A stretch of DNA of 64,000 nt from Obrimoposthia wandeli (Eukaryota), in NCBI GenBank assembly GCA_977020255.1, contig CDROCS010006304.1:1-64000 (forward strand), given 5' to 3'. A model generated the notes under the pieces. It saw only the letters and a list, made by a program, of their open reading frames with translations, searched no databases and was not told the origin of the DNA. Made by a program: the position numbers and the translations under genes. Below are positions 63,659 to 64,000 of the stretch, piece after piece. Numbering within the stretch: the first letter of the stretch is position 1; every line of letters starts with the position of its first letter.

Positions 63659-64000
63659 GTGTCCACAGTATTAATTAGCGGCGCCAATCGCGGTATTGGA
63701 CGTAAATTAAGTGAATCTTACATCGCAGATGGCTGGCGGGTGATTGCCACTACCAGGAACGCTGATGACAGCGTTGCACGCGGAGCTGAGCACATGTTGC
63801 TCGATTTAACCTCAGCCTCTTCTATTCAAGCGATGGCCAATAAACTCAAGGGGCAGACGATCGATGTGGTGTGGAATAATGCGGGGGTCTATCTTGATAA
63901 AAATGTCAGTTTGGCGCAATTGAGTGATCAGCAGTGGCTCAATACTTTTGCCATCAATACGATTGCGCCCATTCGTATCGCTCAAGCGCTCAAAGACAAC
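63659..64000 (+). CDS. SDR family oxidoreductase (CsgA/C-factor-like), truncated by the window end
   Basis: aaggag RBS then GTG; manual translation VSTVLISGANRGIG..VIATTR..IDVVWNNAGV..FAINTIAP. Confidence 0.85.
   Translation, partial: MSTVLISGANRGIGRKLSESYIADGWRVIATTRNADDSVARGAEHMLLDLTSASSIQAMANKLKGQTIDVVWNNAGVYLDKNVSLAQLSDQQWLNTFAINTIAPIRIAQALKDN

Overview
Chromosomal window of a gammaproteobacterium, probably marine and Oceanospirillales/Pseudomonadales-like. This is inferred from gatCAB, a short-form HisG, a Na+-type stator and a TAXI-TRAP transporter; GC is in the mid-40s % by eye. Bases 1-34 kb are a conserved core block: CoA-transferase fragment, hisD-hisG-murA-ibaG, mlaFEDCB, yrbG-kdsD-kdsC-lptCAB-rpoN-hpf-ptsN-rapZ-npr, mgtE-yjgA, mreBCD-maf-rng-yhdP, gatCAB, plsB, slyX and a membrane-anchored cold-shock protein. 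Bases 34-64 kb are more accessory: DUF72, a stand-alone PomA/PomB-like stator with a PilZ gene, four initiator tRNA-Met genes in two duplicated promoter+pair units, GST, PuuC-like ALDH, a degenerate transcarbamylase, a frameshifted MCP, EamA with a small Cys-rich protein, a GAF-GGDEF cyclase, pdxJ, a sigma54/DctBD-controlled TAXI-TRAP transporter and several catabolic enzymes. Many conserved genes in the first ~8 kb, and the MCP at 42-43.6 kb, are frameshifted, most likely from sequencing or assembly indels. No CRISPR array, integrase, transposase, prophage or rRNA was seen. The most interesting items are the stator-PilZ operon (Na+ site intact, rotor-contact charges apparently lost), the membrane-tethered CSD protein and the motif-divergent transcarbamylase. 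All calls come from motif recognition and remembered reference sequences; no database search was run.
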